DNA of 64,000 bases from Priapulus caudatus (taxonomy: Eukaryota): positions 720,728 to 784,727 of the forward strand of contig NW_014577061.1 in the NCBI RefSeq assembly GCF_000485595.1, written 5' to 3'. The notes beneath the pieces were generated by a model, which saw only the letters and a program-made list of their open reading frames with translations, did not search any database and was not told where the DNA came from. The position numbers and the translations under genes were made by a program. Below, piece after piece: positions 12,211-26,390 of the stretch (position 1 is the first letter of the stretch; every line of letters begins with the position of its first letter).

Positions 12211-13224
12211 CAGTGGCGGCGGCGGGCGTGCGACGTGCCTATAGACACACACACACACACGCACACTGCAAGCAGCTGGCAACTTCACCGCGTCCGTCTC
12301 TCGCAGATTACATACGACTCACGCGAAAAGTTGCAAGACACATCCGACAAGAAAAGCCGGATCCGGATCGGCCGCGCGATCACATCGGCCGCCATTGCGT
12401 GCATAGCACACCATGCACGCGCCGCGTATGAACGACTGCGCAGTAGACAAACCGAAAACTGTTTGCTCTACTCGGTATTGAATGGCCGGCCTTGAAATAA
12501 TATAATCGTGTACGCGACGGTGAAGGCTTAGAGCGGATCAAAGTGCACGCTGCTGCCAACGTGAGTTCCGTGTAAAAGTGGGCGCATGTATAATACTAAT
12601 AGGTGTTTGAATGACATAATAGTGCGAGGAACACAGTTTACATCAGATCGAAACAGATAAGTTTAAAATGTGTACAGCCGACTATAATTGGCCTTCTTTA
12701 TACGCTCGTGAAACGGTGTACCATGTCGGTTATTTGCAGAATAGAAACCATGAAACTATTGCTGACAGTCCTTTTTATCCTTCGTGATCCTACATTTACA
12801 GTCCCAATTATCCCAACATTTTTGCAAAGGAATTCAAGCTGGCACGACATCCGCTTTTATTCGAACGAAAGGTCAAACGGCATTACTTTTATGCTCTTTA
12901 ATAAACATATAAAAACACATTCAGTTCGGTTCAATGCCAGAAATAGATATTGCGTTCAGCATGCCTTTCATCGAAACAGCGCTTTCTTCAACGGCAGGAC
13001 ACTGTGTTAGTGCTAGTGCTGTGTGTTAGTGTTAGTGTGTGTTAGTGCTGTGTTAGTGTTATACTTTTTGATCTATTTCATTTATTTCCGCAGACCGCAG
13101 ACATTACATTTCGCGCGCGCCGGCACCCCATGCGATTTCGCTACATATCTATATCTATATATTATCAGGAGTAGATAATAGGGAATTCCCTATTATCTAC
13201 TCCTGATATTATATATTATATATT

Positions 13225-13261
<37 letters not shown>

Positions 13262-13894
13262 CTTCACTGAATCGCTGCTTAGATGCGTGTAGACATGATT
13301 TAGGGAGTATTTTTGCGGTTCAATCAGCAACCATCGTGCATTTCTCAGCTGACCCAAGACAGCGCCTAATTCGGCATGCATGTTAACGTAAGCGCGACTA
13401 GGCGGCAGCTTCCGGCACGCTGAGCCATTCACGTAATTACCGTAATTACGAGACGACGTAAAACAGCAGCGATGCGCGCCGTGGTAAACCCACGAGAATC
13501 ATTATCACCAGTAGACGATGCAAACGCTCGAGCGTGGCGAAGGAAATTTGTTAAATTGTCTCTCCCGCGCGTCCCCATCGTATTTTACGTATAATCACAC
13601 GGCGAATCCCATCCTCTGCTTTCGTATTTCATATCTCTGCGCGTGTGTGGCGAGTTACTTAGTAGCGTGAAAGTAAAGGTAAGCGAGCGGTAAGCGAGGT
13701 AAGCCATGAGCAAGTATAGGTAAGCGAGCGGTAGATCTGTGCTGATGACGATGCTGTAACGTGATAATACATGTTGATAACTCACATTGCCCTACCTGGC
13801 ACCCAACAACAGGACTACTGCCAAACCACGCCCACGGAAAACACGTATATATACCGTTCTCTCCATAATATCACAAAAACCACTGTAAACTGAT

Positions 13895-14610
13895 TTCTCC
13901 TGATCAATCCTAATCTTCAATTATTGACGGAGATAGTGACGCCAGTAACTGGATAAACGATGAGGCTTATGTTTCAAACCTTAAGGAACACGGCCGGATC
14001 CGAGAAGACTGGAAAAGCGCATTATCTCTGCAATATACAAGAGCGGTGACAACAAAATGCTTCTAACTACACAGACTCACGTGCGTCACCGAAATGCCCC
14101 GACTGTGTAGTCATGGCGTACAGTGATGTATTTGATAGCCACCAAATGAAACCAAAAACAGATCAATACAAAAAGACCTGCAATTTATACTAGATTTTTG
14201 ATAAAAAAAAGTAATTTTCCCATCGGAGAAAAAACGCACCAACACCAACATGGCATACAGAGAAGGGGGAAGAAGACAATTCTATGAGAATCAGCTGATA
14301 ATTTCGTTCAATGCCGGATCCAACAAGCCTTATGCCCGCTAGGCAGCTAAGCACCAGACAGCAAACGGATGTAAGTGTGTTTAACTTCAGGCTGACCTTT
14401 GACAATGCCCCCCACGAGTGGCTTCCAGCGAAGCTAATTAAATCACGTTGGCCTCCACTGTAAGACACTTGAATGGACCAATAATTTTATTGCTGACAGA
14501 ACAAAACAGGTCGCCGTGGAGAATCACAGATCCTCATCGGTTGCCGTACCTTCTAAGCTACCGCAAGGAATAGCATCTGTGGATCAGCACCCCAGCTCTT
14601 CCTGGACGCA
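13895..14610 (+). pseudogene. Highly decayed LINE (CR1/L2-like) reverse transcriptase fragment
   Basis: Frameshifted translation gives EDWKSA..ISAIYKSGD..ASNY (~14000-14070), QTDVSVFNFRLTFDNAPHEWL..KL (~14362-14440, resembles D.SKAFDKVPH..LL.KL) and WTNNFIADRTKQVAV....SS....PSKLPQG (~14475-14570, resembles WI..FL..R.Q.V...SGVPQG). These occur in the canonical order. Confidence 0.75.
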
Positions 14611-15816
14611 GGCCATCAACTCGTTGCTAAGAGCTACCCACCGAGCAAAGAAAGGCTTTTCTCCTTGCGGTAGCATGCTGTATGCAGACATTTAATTTGA
14701 AAAGCGCAGATATCCACACGTTGGGCTGGCCTGGACCACGTCTAGAAGCAAATTCTAAGAAGATCGTTGGGGATATTATTTCGGTTTAAATAGGATAAAA
14801 ATGAAAGTGGACGCAGTATTGGTGTTGCTCGATGTGATACCGTGCTGCTCATGGGGACACGATGGTAACGGGGAGGAAGGGTTAAACTTCTAGTCTTGGT
14901 GAGGGATGAGTGCATGGTGGTAGAAGGTGAGCTGCAGCCTGTGTAGGAGAGCCAGGTGACCTGGCTGTCTTAGAGCATGATGACCCTGTGGTAGTGGACG
15001 TGGCAAGGAGCGCACTGTAACCAAGGGCAGTCTGATGGGAATAGAGCAATCGAGGTTTGCCTGGAATTATTGCTTGTCATTACGGCCTATTCTCGCTGAC
15101 TCAGCTATATACCACCCACGACTGACACAAACACAACGATGCAACTGCCTATATGGAAAAAATTAAATGGCGTGTGAAACACTCTGTACACACAAAAGCG
15201 CTCACGCAAAGGGCAACATGAAAGGTAATGGATTCTCATTTCATGCAGAGAATGGTCACATAATCGACATTAACCATCCCCCGTTTTTTTATCCCCACGT
15301 GCCTGCTGACGGCGGCCTGCCGACGCATGCAACATCTTTAAACGATTCCCTGACCCATAAATTAATAATTTCCGCTAATTCCTGGAGTAGCAGCGATCGA
15401 TCCGCGGAGGACGGAGTCATGGAGGCCGATGTCGACAGAACACTGCCTCCCTCACCTCCAATCACTCATCATCATCTAGATCCCCTTCTAATGGAGATGA
15501 GAACAAGTAAAACGCAATCCTTGGCAGCTGCTATCAGCAGAAGATTATTACGATGGCGATAGGTGATTATCGCAGGCCACGCTGTCCCCCCAATAAACAT
15601 GCCACCATCACTTGCGCGGCCTACTGTACATTTCGTAGCCAGGCGTGTTACAGACATTTAATCCCTACATAGCGATTTGTTATTTTTCTGAATATCCGTA
15701 CAGCTCATAAACACGTACGCACACATGCACGCAGGTACGCACACACACATATACATGCACACACACACACACACACGCACACGCACATACACACCCGCGT
15801 GCGCGGGCGCGCAGGT

Positions 15817-15848
<32 letters not shown>

Positions 15849-16009
15849 GGCACGAACGCACGCACGCACGCACAAACACACGCACGCACGCACGCACGCA
15901 CGCACGCACAGACACACACACGCTCCCCCTCTTTCTGTCTGTCCTCTCTCTCTCTCACCCACACATGTACGTTGTGTGAGCGAGGGTTGGTTAGGATGGT
16001 GAGAGAACG

Positions 16010-16420
16010 CGAGAGAGGAGGAAGGGTGGGGCGGAGGGTGGACATCACAGGGAAAGGAGGGAAGAAAGGATGGTAGGAGGGAGAGAGGAAGGGAGGGAGG
16101 GTGGGGCGGGAGGGGTGCACATCACAGGGAAAGGAAGGAAGCAAGAAGGGAGGGTAGGAGGGAGAGAGGAAGGGAGGGAGGGTGGGGGCGGGAGGTGGGA
16201 CATCACAGGAAAGAAAAGAGGGAAGAAGGGAGGGTAGGAGGGAGAGAGGAAGGAAGGGAGGGACGGAGGGAGGTAGGGAATGAGGGAGAGAAGAATGGAT
16301 GGAGTGAGGTAGGGAATGAGGGAGAGAAGAAGGGATGGAGGGAAGTAGGGAACGGGGGAGAGAAGAAAGGATGGAGGGAGGTAGGGAACGGGGGAGAGAA
16401 GAAGGGAGGGAAGAAAAAAG
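16010..16420. repeat. Purine-rich minisatellites (~80-bp unit x3; ~38-bp unit x4)
   Basis: Recurring ACATCACAGG.AAAG..GGGTAGGAGGGAGAGAGGAAGG and GGTAGGGAA.G.GGGAGAGAAGAA. Confidence 0.8.
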
Positions 16421-17829
16421 GAACGGTGCGATATTGCGGGAGAAGGAGAGAGGGGAGAGAAGCCCGCTCCTACAGACAAACGACGCTAGCCACCACTCCC
16501 GCCGGCACTTGCGAAGTCTGCCGAGAAGAATTGATAATGATATAACGACTGTGAGATCGGTGCGACCTGTGGCGCAGCCAGCAGACGAATACATCAACGA
16601 GAGAACACGCCGTCTAATTCGAATGCGGCACGGGGAGCGACGGCTCCCTTTTTAATGTTCTTCGGCTTAAAGTGATTATGCAAATTTTGCGAGCGCAAAC
16701 AGCACGCCAGCTCCCAGACCCTTTATTGGGTTTGTACGAATGGAAGCAGAATGGGGTCCGGGACCTTTTATTAGATTTATACGCGGCTGGCGAACGAGGA
16801 AGCAACATCAACAGTTTGCGATGCTTGCTGAAGTTGCCTAGCAGTCAGGGGCATTCGCTTCAGCAGCGCAGGTGCACGCACGCACGTATTTTACTGTAAG
16901 ACAGGGTGAGGGGCCCGCCTCCGTGAACGGGCCTTCACCCGAGTCACTCCGATGCCGCATGACAAATGCACGCGCACCACTTACAAGCGGAACTCTTTGC
17001 ATTTATCACGATTCTGTTCTTGTTCTTGCGACCGCGGTGATGTTAATTATGACTCACCCGTCTCTATAACCATACCAGTTTCCACGACCAGCAACTCTCT
17101 TCCCAGAGCTAGGGTTAGCACACTGCTGCACCGGTGGTGCGGTGTGTCGCAGTAAAGCTATGGAAGCAGTAAACCGATAATAATAATTTGTGCGTTTGCT
17201 TCGGCGTCGGAGGCGTTTGCTTCTGGATGTCCATGTAGATGTGTGTCTACAGGAATTCTAAGTGCCGAAAGATTACTGAGATGAAGACACATCACCCCTA
17301 CACCATTTAAAAAAAAGAATGTCTGATCACTGACAACATGAAAAGAACAAATTAAGGGTTGCCACTAAGGACATGATTGCATACGTGTTACACGGGCAGA
17401 CACTGAAGGGATTATTATATAGGAGCAAACAAGGGAATCATAATTAAAAGCGAAAGAGGAGCAACCACGTAAGACGTGTTGGAACGATAGAACAGAGCGA
17501 CTCAGAGGAAGCAAGAGGGTCACCCCTGATACCTAATGAAATAGATGACAGACAAACTCAAAGACACAGTGGAACATATAGCGTGAGACCCCCCTGAAGC
17601 CACTCACGATGGATCAGATAACGCGCTAACACTAAACAGAAGGCCAGCCGATGACATAATATGGAATGACTATAGTAAATGTACAACCGATACATAAAGA
17701 TATGACGGGAAGTATTAAATAATGAATCGGCGCTCTCTGTCTCTGTCTCTGTCTCTGTCTCTCTCTCTGTCTCTGTCTCTGTCTCTGTCTCTGTCTCTGT
17801 CTCTGTCTCTNNNNNNNNNNNNNNNNNNN

Positions 17830-17869
<40 letters not shown>

Positions 17870-18689
17870 CCTATGTAAGAAGGTTGGCTTAATCACAATG
17901 ATGGCGTGACCATCGCTGACAGGTGCCCCGTGTGAAACAACAATTCACGTGTATTTCGTGTGTATAACCGCAATGCACGCGGAGAGAAATCGCTCCCGAT
18001 GCGAGCCGCACGACAAGAGCTAGTGCATCGGTTAGTAAGCTGATGTGTCGCGCGTCGAACAAAGCACTTCTACCCCGTCATGCAAATGTAAAACTCGTCG
18101 CCCAGAAAAAAAAACACGCCAGCCATTGTTCAGTCTACGCGGCAGACTAGCCCGCTGTGTTTTCGCATTTGAATTCAATGTGGTTCGCTCTAGTTCGCAT
18201 CCCCCTCTACTCCCCCTGGTTGCCAACGATTGATCTGAAAGAGACTTGCCGCATGAAATATCCAAAAGAAAATTCGATAGCGTGTGAGTAGAATGCGCTA
18301 TGGAACGAAAACAGTCAGGTGACATTTGATGAATGCTTCTTAGTCATTACGCAAGAAATGGTTTGCGGACGCAGCGCGCGGAATATCGGCCGCAGCTACT
18401 ACCTACACATCTACAGTCTCCTACAGACGCACAGAACATGCACGTGCACGTCTCCACACGCGAAGCTACATGAACGTACGCGTATCGAAGAGTACACACA
18501 TAGGGGGTGGGGGAGGGCATATCCAATACATGCACACCCCCGCACGCTCCGCATGTGCAAACTGCAAATATGTACGCGTAGACACAGGCTGATACCACCA
18601 AGTCACGTATCTACACATACATACGCGAGTGCATACAATGTACACGCACTCATTTGATCACTTTTCCTTGATAACAAGCTGTTAGTTGG

Positions 18690-18989
18690 GCTGATAGGGT
18701 CTATGTCCCCCAGTGTACTGCCGGAACGTACCTTGGGTACGGTCCGGTATACCGGAACGTATACCCAGGTACTAAATACTACTATCTAATATACCTGACC
18801 GTACCTCGCCTACTCCACTAACGAGTCTAGGGAGTCGCCTACGCCTACTCCCTAACCCTAACCCTAACACTAACACTAGCCCTAACCCTAACCATATCAG
18901 CTAGATAGTTACCAGGGTACGTTCCGGTATAACGGACCGTACCCAGGGTACGTTCCGGCAGTACCCTGGGGGACGTAGACCTTACCAGC
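18690..18989. mobile_element. Mutator-like MITE (300 bp) with a 9-bp TSD
   Basis: ~75 bp imperfect TIRs (GCTGATAGGGTCTATGTCCCCCAG.. / ..CTGGGGGACGTAGACCTTACCAGC). GTTAGTTGG is repeated directly at 18681-18689 and 18990-18998. Internal CCCTAA repeats. Confidence 0.8.
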
Positions 18990-19807
18990 GTTAGTTGGGG
19001 CGTCGGCCCACTCTCTATTAATCACCTAAACTATCCCCCTATGATTATCCTTCAATGAAGCGCCTACGCTCTTCATTTTCATGAAATGCATTTAATTAAA
19101 TTCCATGCAACGAACACGCAGGATAGAGAGGATAGAGCGTAAGCTACACTTTCCTGTCGCCACCACGCATCGCGCGTTGCCTTATAAAATGACACGTTGG
19201 TTCATAATAAACCGAGTTGTGTTGTGGTGTGGCTTCTAAATATGATAATGTGCGCGTAAACGTATATTAAAATTTGCATGTTAATAACATTAGCTTCCAT
19301 TAAAATAATTACTGCTAGCCACAAACACTGTTGCAAATTATACACTCTAGCATAATTTCCCTGCAAGTGAAATGAGTCCAGTAAGCGATAACCGGCTGAC
19401 GCATTTCAGACAACAGACACGGACAAACATTTCATAAATATGATCACATGCGCTCTCCGCTAAACTCCGCTAACCTCATAATTTAAAACTGAAAGTCAAA
19501 CAGCCTCGTGTCCACATGGCCGTCGTAAAACGACTAGGATTGTCGGCAGAACTAGCGCACGCGGGAACGATGCTGGCAGCCTATTTCCGCTAGGTGTTAT
19601 GTAGCAATTTTCTGCTCGCTGCGTTCGGATGTGCGGCGCCGCTAAATAATTCAGCCATTTACATGCAGAAAAAATACACACCGTTTTACCGTGATGGCTT
19701 TTAACAATTCAAGATTCGCTAAATGAGCAATGTGAATTATACAGGCGGACGCCACACCGCCTCGGCTGGCGTCATCAGCCAATCCCAGCCAATCAATCTA
19801 ATCCTTC

Positions 19808-19829
19808 GTGCTGCTGCTGCTGCTGCTGC

Positions 19830-19880
<51 letters not shown>

Positions 19881-20080
19881 CGATGATGATGACAATAATA
19901 ACGATAACACTAATGATGATGAAGATGAAGCCGATGTTGGTGCAGACGATGACGATGACAATTATAATGATAGCGATGCCGATGGATGGCATGCCATCAT
20001 AATGAATTGATGACTATATGGCGATGAAAAGGAGGAAATAATGATACTACTTAAAATAATGATGATGTTGCTGCTGCTAC

Positions 20081-20133
<53 letters not shown>

Positions 20134-20225
20134 ATGATGGCCATGACGGTAACGATGATTATAGTGATGACGATGACGATGACAATAATGATAATGATGA
20201 CGCCGATCTTGATCACGATTGCAAT
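19808..20225. repeat. Compound trinucleotide microsatellites (GCT)n, (GAC)n, (GAT)n
   Basis: Direct inspection. Confidence 0.95.
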
Positions 20226-21300
20226 AATTATAAAGAGAAAATATTGTTCCTAACATTTTAATTGACACGCTGTGACTGCTAATCAACAGTGTCGCGACTG
20301 ACATGCGTGTGGTGTTTGCAGTCTGCGACTCTGCATGATCCTGCCACTTTAACTTTCATAGACGACACAAAAGCAGTACACACACCCAGTTGTATGGACT
20401 AAGGATTTGCTGGTGCTTCTGAATCTCGTCAACAACCTTATCAGAATCATGTACTTACTTCGTCGCCGTATCACCTCCACCACTATGCAAACAAAATGTT
20501 TTAATACAGCACTTGAAAGAAGTTTGTTCAGCGGATTTACTTGTAAACACTCATTTCGTCGCCTGAATCGTCGCTGGGTACGCAGTGTTTGTGCTCATAT
20601 CCATCTGCTGATTTCTACCCATCTCGCTCTTCGTTAACATCGAAACACGACCTAACGTAGAAATAGTAGAATTTGCTCGCATAGAAATAGAGAAGTTATT
20701 TAATGATTATTAGAAGTTAGAAACGTTTAGGAAGGTTAGGAAATACGTTACTGTCCAGCCAGGTGTTTTCTAATTGTTTTACTTACTTCTGCGTCTTTAT
20801 TGCTGCGTCTACTATACAGTGTTCCTAAACACATGTATTTACATAGTTACATGTAAACATAGTTACATATAGTACATGTAGTTACATATAGTTATATATA
20901 GTTACATAGTTACATATTTACATGTAATCACATGCATTTACATGTATTTACATGTTTTTAGTATTTACATCGTACAAATTCCGCGAAATCGGAAGGCTCG
21001 GCAGCTCTGCAAATGTCTTCTCTCTCTGTCAGACGTAGCGCATTGTTATTATTAGCAGTGTGCATGCGTAGCCACCGCCATCGCTATCGCTAGCTAAGAA
21101 TATTCCTCGAACTGCTTCTGCAAAAACTGGTTTCCTGTTGACACGAGAGCGGCTGAGTGTTCCGGCTTCGCTTTGCATAATCTTTATTAAATATTTACTT
21201 CGTGTGTTTTTCCTCGTCTCTTGTGTTTCATCAAACTTTAATTTTGCCTACTGGTACAGTGAGTGCGAGCTATAGAGGACATAAATTCCACTTAGAAGAA

Positions 21301-21566
21301 CGTGTGTATGTGTGCCTGTTCGTACGTGTCTGTGTGTGCGCGCGTGTGTATGTGTGCCTGTGCGTACGTGTCCGTGTGTGCGTGCGCGTGTGTATGTGTG
21401 CCTGTGCGTACGTCTCTGTATGTGCGCGAGTGTGTGTATGTGTGCCTGTGCGTATCTCACGTGTTCTGTGTGTGCGCGCGTGTGTATGTGTGCCTGTTCG
21501 TACGTGTCTGTGTGTGCGCGCGTGTGTGTGTGTGCGCCTGCGCGTACGTGTCTGTGTGTGTTGTGT

Positions 21567-21600
<34 letters not shown>

Positions 21601-21800
21601 GTGTGTGTGTGTGTATGTGTGCGTGGGTGTGTGTGTGTGTGTGGCGCGCGTGCGTGGTGTGTGTGTGTGTGTGCGCGCGTGGGTGTGGGTGGGTGTGTGT
21701 GCGCGTGAGTGTGGTGTGTGCATGTGTGTGCGCGTGGTGTGGGTGGGTGTGGGTGGGTGTGTGTGCGCGTGGGTGTGGGTGGGTGTGTGTGCATGCGTGT
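21301..21800. repeat. ~42-bp GT-rich minisatellite grading into (GT)n
   Basis: CGTGTGTATGTGTGCCTGTTCGTACGTGTCTGTGTGTGCGCG, about 6 copies. Confidence 0.9.
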
Positions 21801-22169
21801 CTATATTTCTGTAAGAGATTTTGCATGTGCACATGTTTGCATTCACGTGGTTGGAATAATACGCTAGATTTTGTCTGTGGACCGATATGATAGCAAGTGC
21901 CTTCCAGCAAAAGTCTTAGAATCATGGCCAACGTGCACTAGCATACAGACACATCAAGGATTCAAGGTGAGCACGGGTACACCACGCGCATAAATTTAAC
22001 CTGTGCCGCAGAGTGGAATATCTGAGATTTAATCAAACCCGTGCAATAACGTGATAAGATCCGTGGTGAGATGGGGGGAGGGCGGGGGGTGAATTTTGAT
22101 CGCAACCTCTACACGTACAAAGGTCACGAGGAGAAGAAGAAAAGCAGCATGAATGCGTGCCTGTCCCCG

Positions 22170-22740
22170 TCACTGCCCATCACGGCCCACAACTACCCGC
22201 TACTGCTCAAAACTACCCACAACTACCCACAACTGCCCGCTACTGCTCACAACTACCCACAACTACCCACAACTGCTCACAAACTGCTCACAACTGTCCA
22301 CCACTTCCCGCTACTGCCCAAACACTGCCCAACACAAAATTAGAAAAGGTTCCGGTTCCGGCCGACTGTTTCTGAAGGGTTTCGGCCGGAGTGCCGGTGC
22401 ACCCCTACCCACCACTATCCATCACTACCCACCACTATCCATCACTGCCCAACACTGCCCATCACTGCCCAACACTGCTCACCACTACCCACCACTGCCC
22501 ACTACTACCCACCACTACCCACCACTGCCAACACTGCCACATCTGCCCAACACTGCTCACTCACTGCCCACCACTACCCACCACTGCCCACCACTGCCCA
22601 CCACTGCCCACCACTGCCCAACACTGCCCACCACTACCCACCACTGCCAACCACTACCCAACACTGCCCACCACTGCCCACCACTGCCCACCCCTACCCA
22701 CCACTGCCCATCACTGCCCAACAATACCCATCACTGTCCA
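22170..22740. repeat. 10-11-bp (CCACTACCCA/CCACTGCCCA)-type satellite
   Basis: Direct inspection. Interrupted at ~22340-22400. Confidence 0.9.
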
Positions 22741-23034
22741 CGTCATTGCGAGCAGACAGACGTCGGCCGTAACCCGTGCAATTCACGGGCACGGCGTATA
22801 TAAGGCCTCAGCCGTCGTCTGCGCCACCGTCGCGTGTCGACAGCTGCGCGTACAAGCGACCAGCAGCGGCGACGGCTCTACTCCTGTGACAATAGATCGC
22901 ACTATTAAGATAAATTCCGGAAAGTGATTATCACGGCCGAGCCTCGGCGGCGGCGGCGTGATCGATGCGTGTATACACGCAGCAGCTGATGTAAGAGAAG
23001 CCCTTTTCAGCGTAACGCAAACTCCCTTGTCGCC

Positions 23035-23412
23035 CGTGTGTGTGCTTGTGTATGTGTGTGTGCGTGTGTGCGTGTGTGTGTGTGTGTGTGTGCGTGTGTG
23101 TGTGTGTGCGTCAATATGTGTGTGTGTCGTTGCGTGAGTGCATGCCGTCATGTGTGTGCGGTGCGTGCGTGTGTGTGTGTGCTGTGTGTGTGTGGTGTGT
23201 GCGTGTGTGCGTGCGTGTGTGTTGTGTGGAGTGTGCAGCGTTCCTGTACGTGTGTGCGAGCGCGTCTGTCTGAGTTTGCGTGCGCGTGCGTGTGCGCGCA
23301 TGCGCGCGCGCGTATGTGTGAGTTTGCGTGCGTTTGCGTGTGTGCGCGCATGCGCGTGTGTGTGTGCGCACATGCGCGTGTGTGTGCGTGTGCGTGCGTG
23401 CCTGCGCGCGCG
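23035..23412. repeat. (GT)n/(GCGT)n microsatellite
   Basis: Direct inspection. Confidence 0.9.
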
Positions 23413-24570
23413 TTTCTCTGGGTGAACAAGAGCGATCGGCGAAATCTCGCAGCGCTTTCGGACGAGCAATTGTAACGGTTGGCGCAGAAGCTCACCACAA
23501 ATGCAAATCCCTACAACCAACAAATGCAAATGCCCGCTAAACACAAATGCTAAAGTCCCGCAACAACAAATCAAATCCCGCAATCACAAATGCAAACCGT
23601 CACAAACACTAAATGCAAATCGCCACACAACAATGGCAAACGTCACAGACAACAAATGCCCAAACGTCACAAACATAAATGCACTAAATCTACAACACAA
23701 ATGCAAACGCCACAACAACAGCAAACGGCACAACGGCAAAGATGAAAAAAGCCGACAACACAAATGCAAAATTCCCGTGCCCGCGCCCAGCCTGTACTGT
23801 TTGTACTGGCGCATTGTATCAATGCAGGAGGTTAGATGAATCAGGATATCTTACTCATTATCATGCCTACTCCTGATTGTATTATCAGTCTGTACCCCCT
23901 CCGCCTCCGCACACACGTCTATCACGCTATAGGCCGTAGAGAAGGCTGGTAGAGAAGTGAGGAGGGGAAGCTGATGGAGAAAGAGGAGGGGGAAGAAGCG
24001 GGTGGAGAAGGAGGGGAGAATAGCTGTGGAAGAAGGAGGAGGGGGAGAAGCTGGGAGATAGGAAGGAGGGGGAGAACTGGTGGAGAAGGAGAAGGGAGAG
24101 AAGGTGGCTTCTCCCCTCTTCGACTAAGCTTCTCCCTCCGCCTCCACCAAGCATTTCTCCCCCTCCTCCTTCTCCCACAGCTTCTCCCCCTCCTTCCTCT
24201 AACCAGTTTCTCCTTCTCCCCTCCCTCACTCCTCCACCAGCTTCTCCTTCCCCCCTCCTCCTTCTCGTACCTAGCTTCTCTTCCTCTCCCCTCCTCCCTC
24301 CTTCCACCAGCTCTCCCTTCTCCCCTCCTCCTCCTCCACCAGCTTCTCCGCTCCTGCCCCTCCTCCCACAGCTTCTCGCTTCCCCGCTCTCCTTCTTCAC
24401 ATCAGCTTGCTCCCCTCCTCCTTCTCCACGCAGCCGTTCTCCACCCTCCTCCGTTCTCTACTCAGCTTTCATCCCTATCTCGCCCTTCTTCTCGTACCAG
24501 CTTCTCCCGCTACTTCTGCGACCACAGTTCTCCTTCTCCCTTCTCCATCCAGCCTCTCCCCCTCCTCCCC

Positions 24571-25554
24571 NNNNNNNNNNNNNNNNNNNNNNNNNNNNNN
24601 NNNNNNNNNNNNNNNNNNNNNNNNNNNNNNNNNNNNNNNNNNNNNNNNNNNNNNNNNNNNNNNNNNNNNNNNNNNNNNNNNNNNNNNNNNNNNNNNNNNN
24701 NNNNNNNNNNNNNNNNNNNNNNNNNNNNNNNNNNNNNNNNNNNNNNNNNNNNNNNNNNNNNNNNNNNNNNNNNNNNNNNNNNNNNNNNNNNNNNNNNNNN
24801 NNNNNNNNNNNNNNNNNNNNNNNNNNNNNNNNNNNNNNNNNNNNNNNNNNNNNNNNNNNNNNNNNNNNNNNNNNNNNNNNNNNNNNNNNNNNNNNNNNNN
24901 NNNNNNNNNNNNNNNNNNNNNNNNNNNNNNNNNNNNNNNNNNNNNNNNNNNNNNNNNNNNNNNNNNNNNNNNNNNNNNNNNNNNNNNNNNNNNNNNNNNN
25001 NNNNNNNNNNNNNNNNNNNNNNNNNNNNNNNNNNNNNNNNNNNNNNNNNNNNNNNNNNNNNNNNNNNNNNNNNNNNNNNNNNNNNNNNNNNNNNNNNNNN
25101 NNNNNNNNNNNNNNNNNNNNNNNNNNNNNNNNNNNNNNNNNNNNNNNNNNNNNNNNNNNNNNNNNNNNNNNNNNNNNNNNNNNNNNNNNNNNNNNNNNNN
25201 NNNNNNNNNNNNNNNNNNNNNNNNNNNNNNNNNNNNNNNNNNNNNNNNNNNNNNNNNNNNNNNNNNNNNNNNNNNNNNNNNNNNNNNNNNNNNNNNNNNN
25301 NNNNNNNNNNNNNNNNNNNNNNNNNNNNNNNNNNNNNNNNNNNNNNNNNNNNNNNNNNNNNNNNNNNNNNNNNNNNNNNNNNNNNNNNNNNNNNNNNNNN
25401 NNNNNNNNNNNNNNNNNNNNNNNNNNNNNNNNNNNNNNNNNNNNNNNNNNNNNNNNNNNNNNNNNNNNNNNNNNNNNNNNNNNNNNNNNNNNNNNNNNNN
25501 NNNNNNNNNNNNNNNNNNNNNNNNNNNNNNNNNNNNNNNNNNNNNNNNNNNNNN
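24571..25554. other. Assembly gap (other gaps: 1207-1489, 7407-7431, 17811-17829, 38249-38287, 50426-51260)
   Basis: N runs, several of them flanked by microsatellites. Confidence 1.
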
Positions 25555-26321
25555 ATCTCTATCTCTATCTCTATCTCTATCTCTATCTCTATCTCTACCG
25601 ACAAGTTGAATCGAAAAACCTCAGACGATAAGTCAATTAAGGAAATTCGGAAGATGAGTCAATTACTGTCTGGTCTGACTGCGGCAGGTAATTTATCGTC
25701 ATGATGCATATATTATCAAGAGCTAATAATACCAGCATAATAATATCAGGAGTGTATCAAAAGTGTTTTGATACACTCCTGATAATATATTATTAGCTCT
25801 TGATATTATGCATAGAGAGGGAGAGACAGACCGACAGATAGGTAGGTAGATAGATAGATAGATAAATAGACAGGCATGCAGGCAGGCAGACAGTCAGGCA
25901 AGCAGGTAGGTAGGTAGGTAGATATATAGATAGATATATAGATAGATAGAGATAGATATATAGATATATATATATATACGTGTCCGGCGAACGCGGGCGC
26001 TCCCTATAGAGCATGCATCGGATTACCGCATCCTCCCGCCAGCATTGCCAGCATCCGACGCTGCTCATCTGCATCAATAATCAGCGTCCGCATCGCAAAT
26101 ATTAGCTATAGCACCCAGACGCGCGCAACGCAGCAACCCCCGAAATGTCTGCGATAAGAGCGCCTGCGGATCGATATCGGTCTCATGCTGTCGTCGGCCA
26201 GCAAGATCCAGGCGGCGCGCCTACTATCGTATTTCAAACGTAATAAGACTGCGATTCGTTGTCGCGGCCGCGTCCATAATTGCCGAACTAAACACTGTAT
26301 GTTGCCGCTTGCGCTCAGCCT

Positions 26322-26390
<69 letters not shown>

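Noticed and set aside
17240..17500. Possible RTE-LINE 3' remnant (QPRKTCW resembling RPRKTW)
   Set aside because: Too degenerate to support by eye.
23823..23878. Possible further TCAGGAG hairpin
   Set aside because: Only the right arm (CTACTCCTGAT) is clear, and the region looks like noisy long-read sequence.
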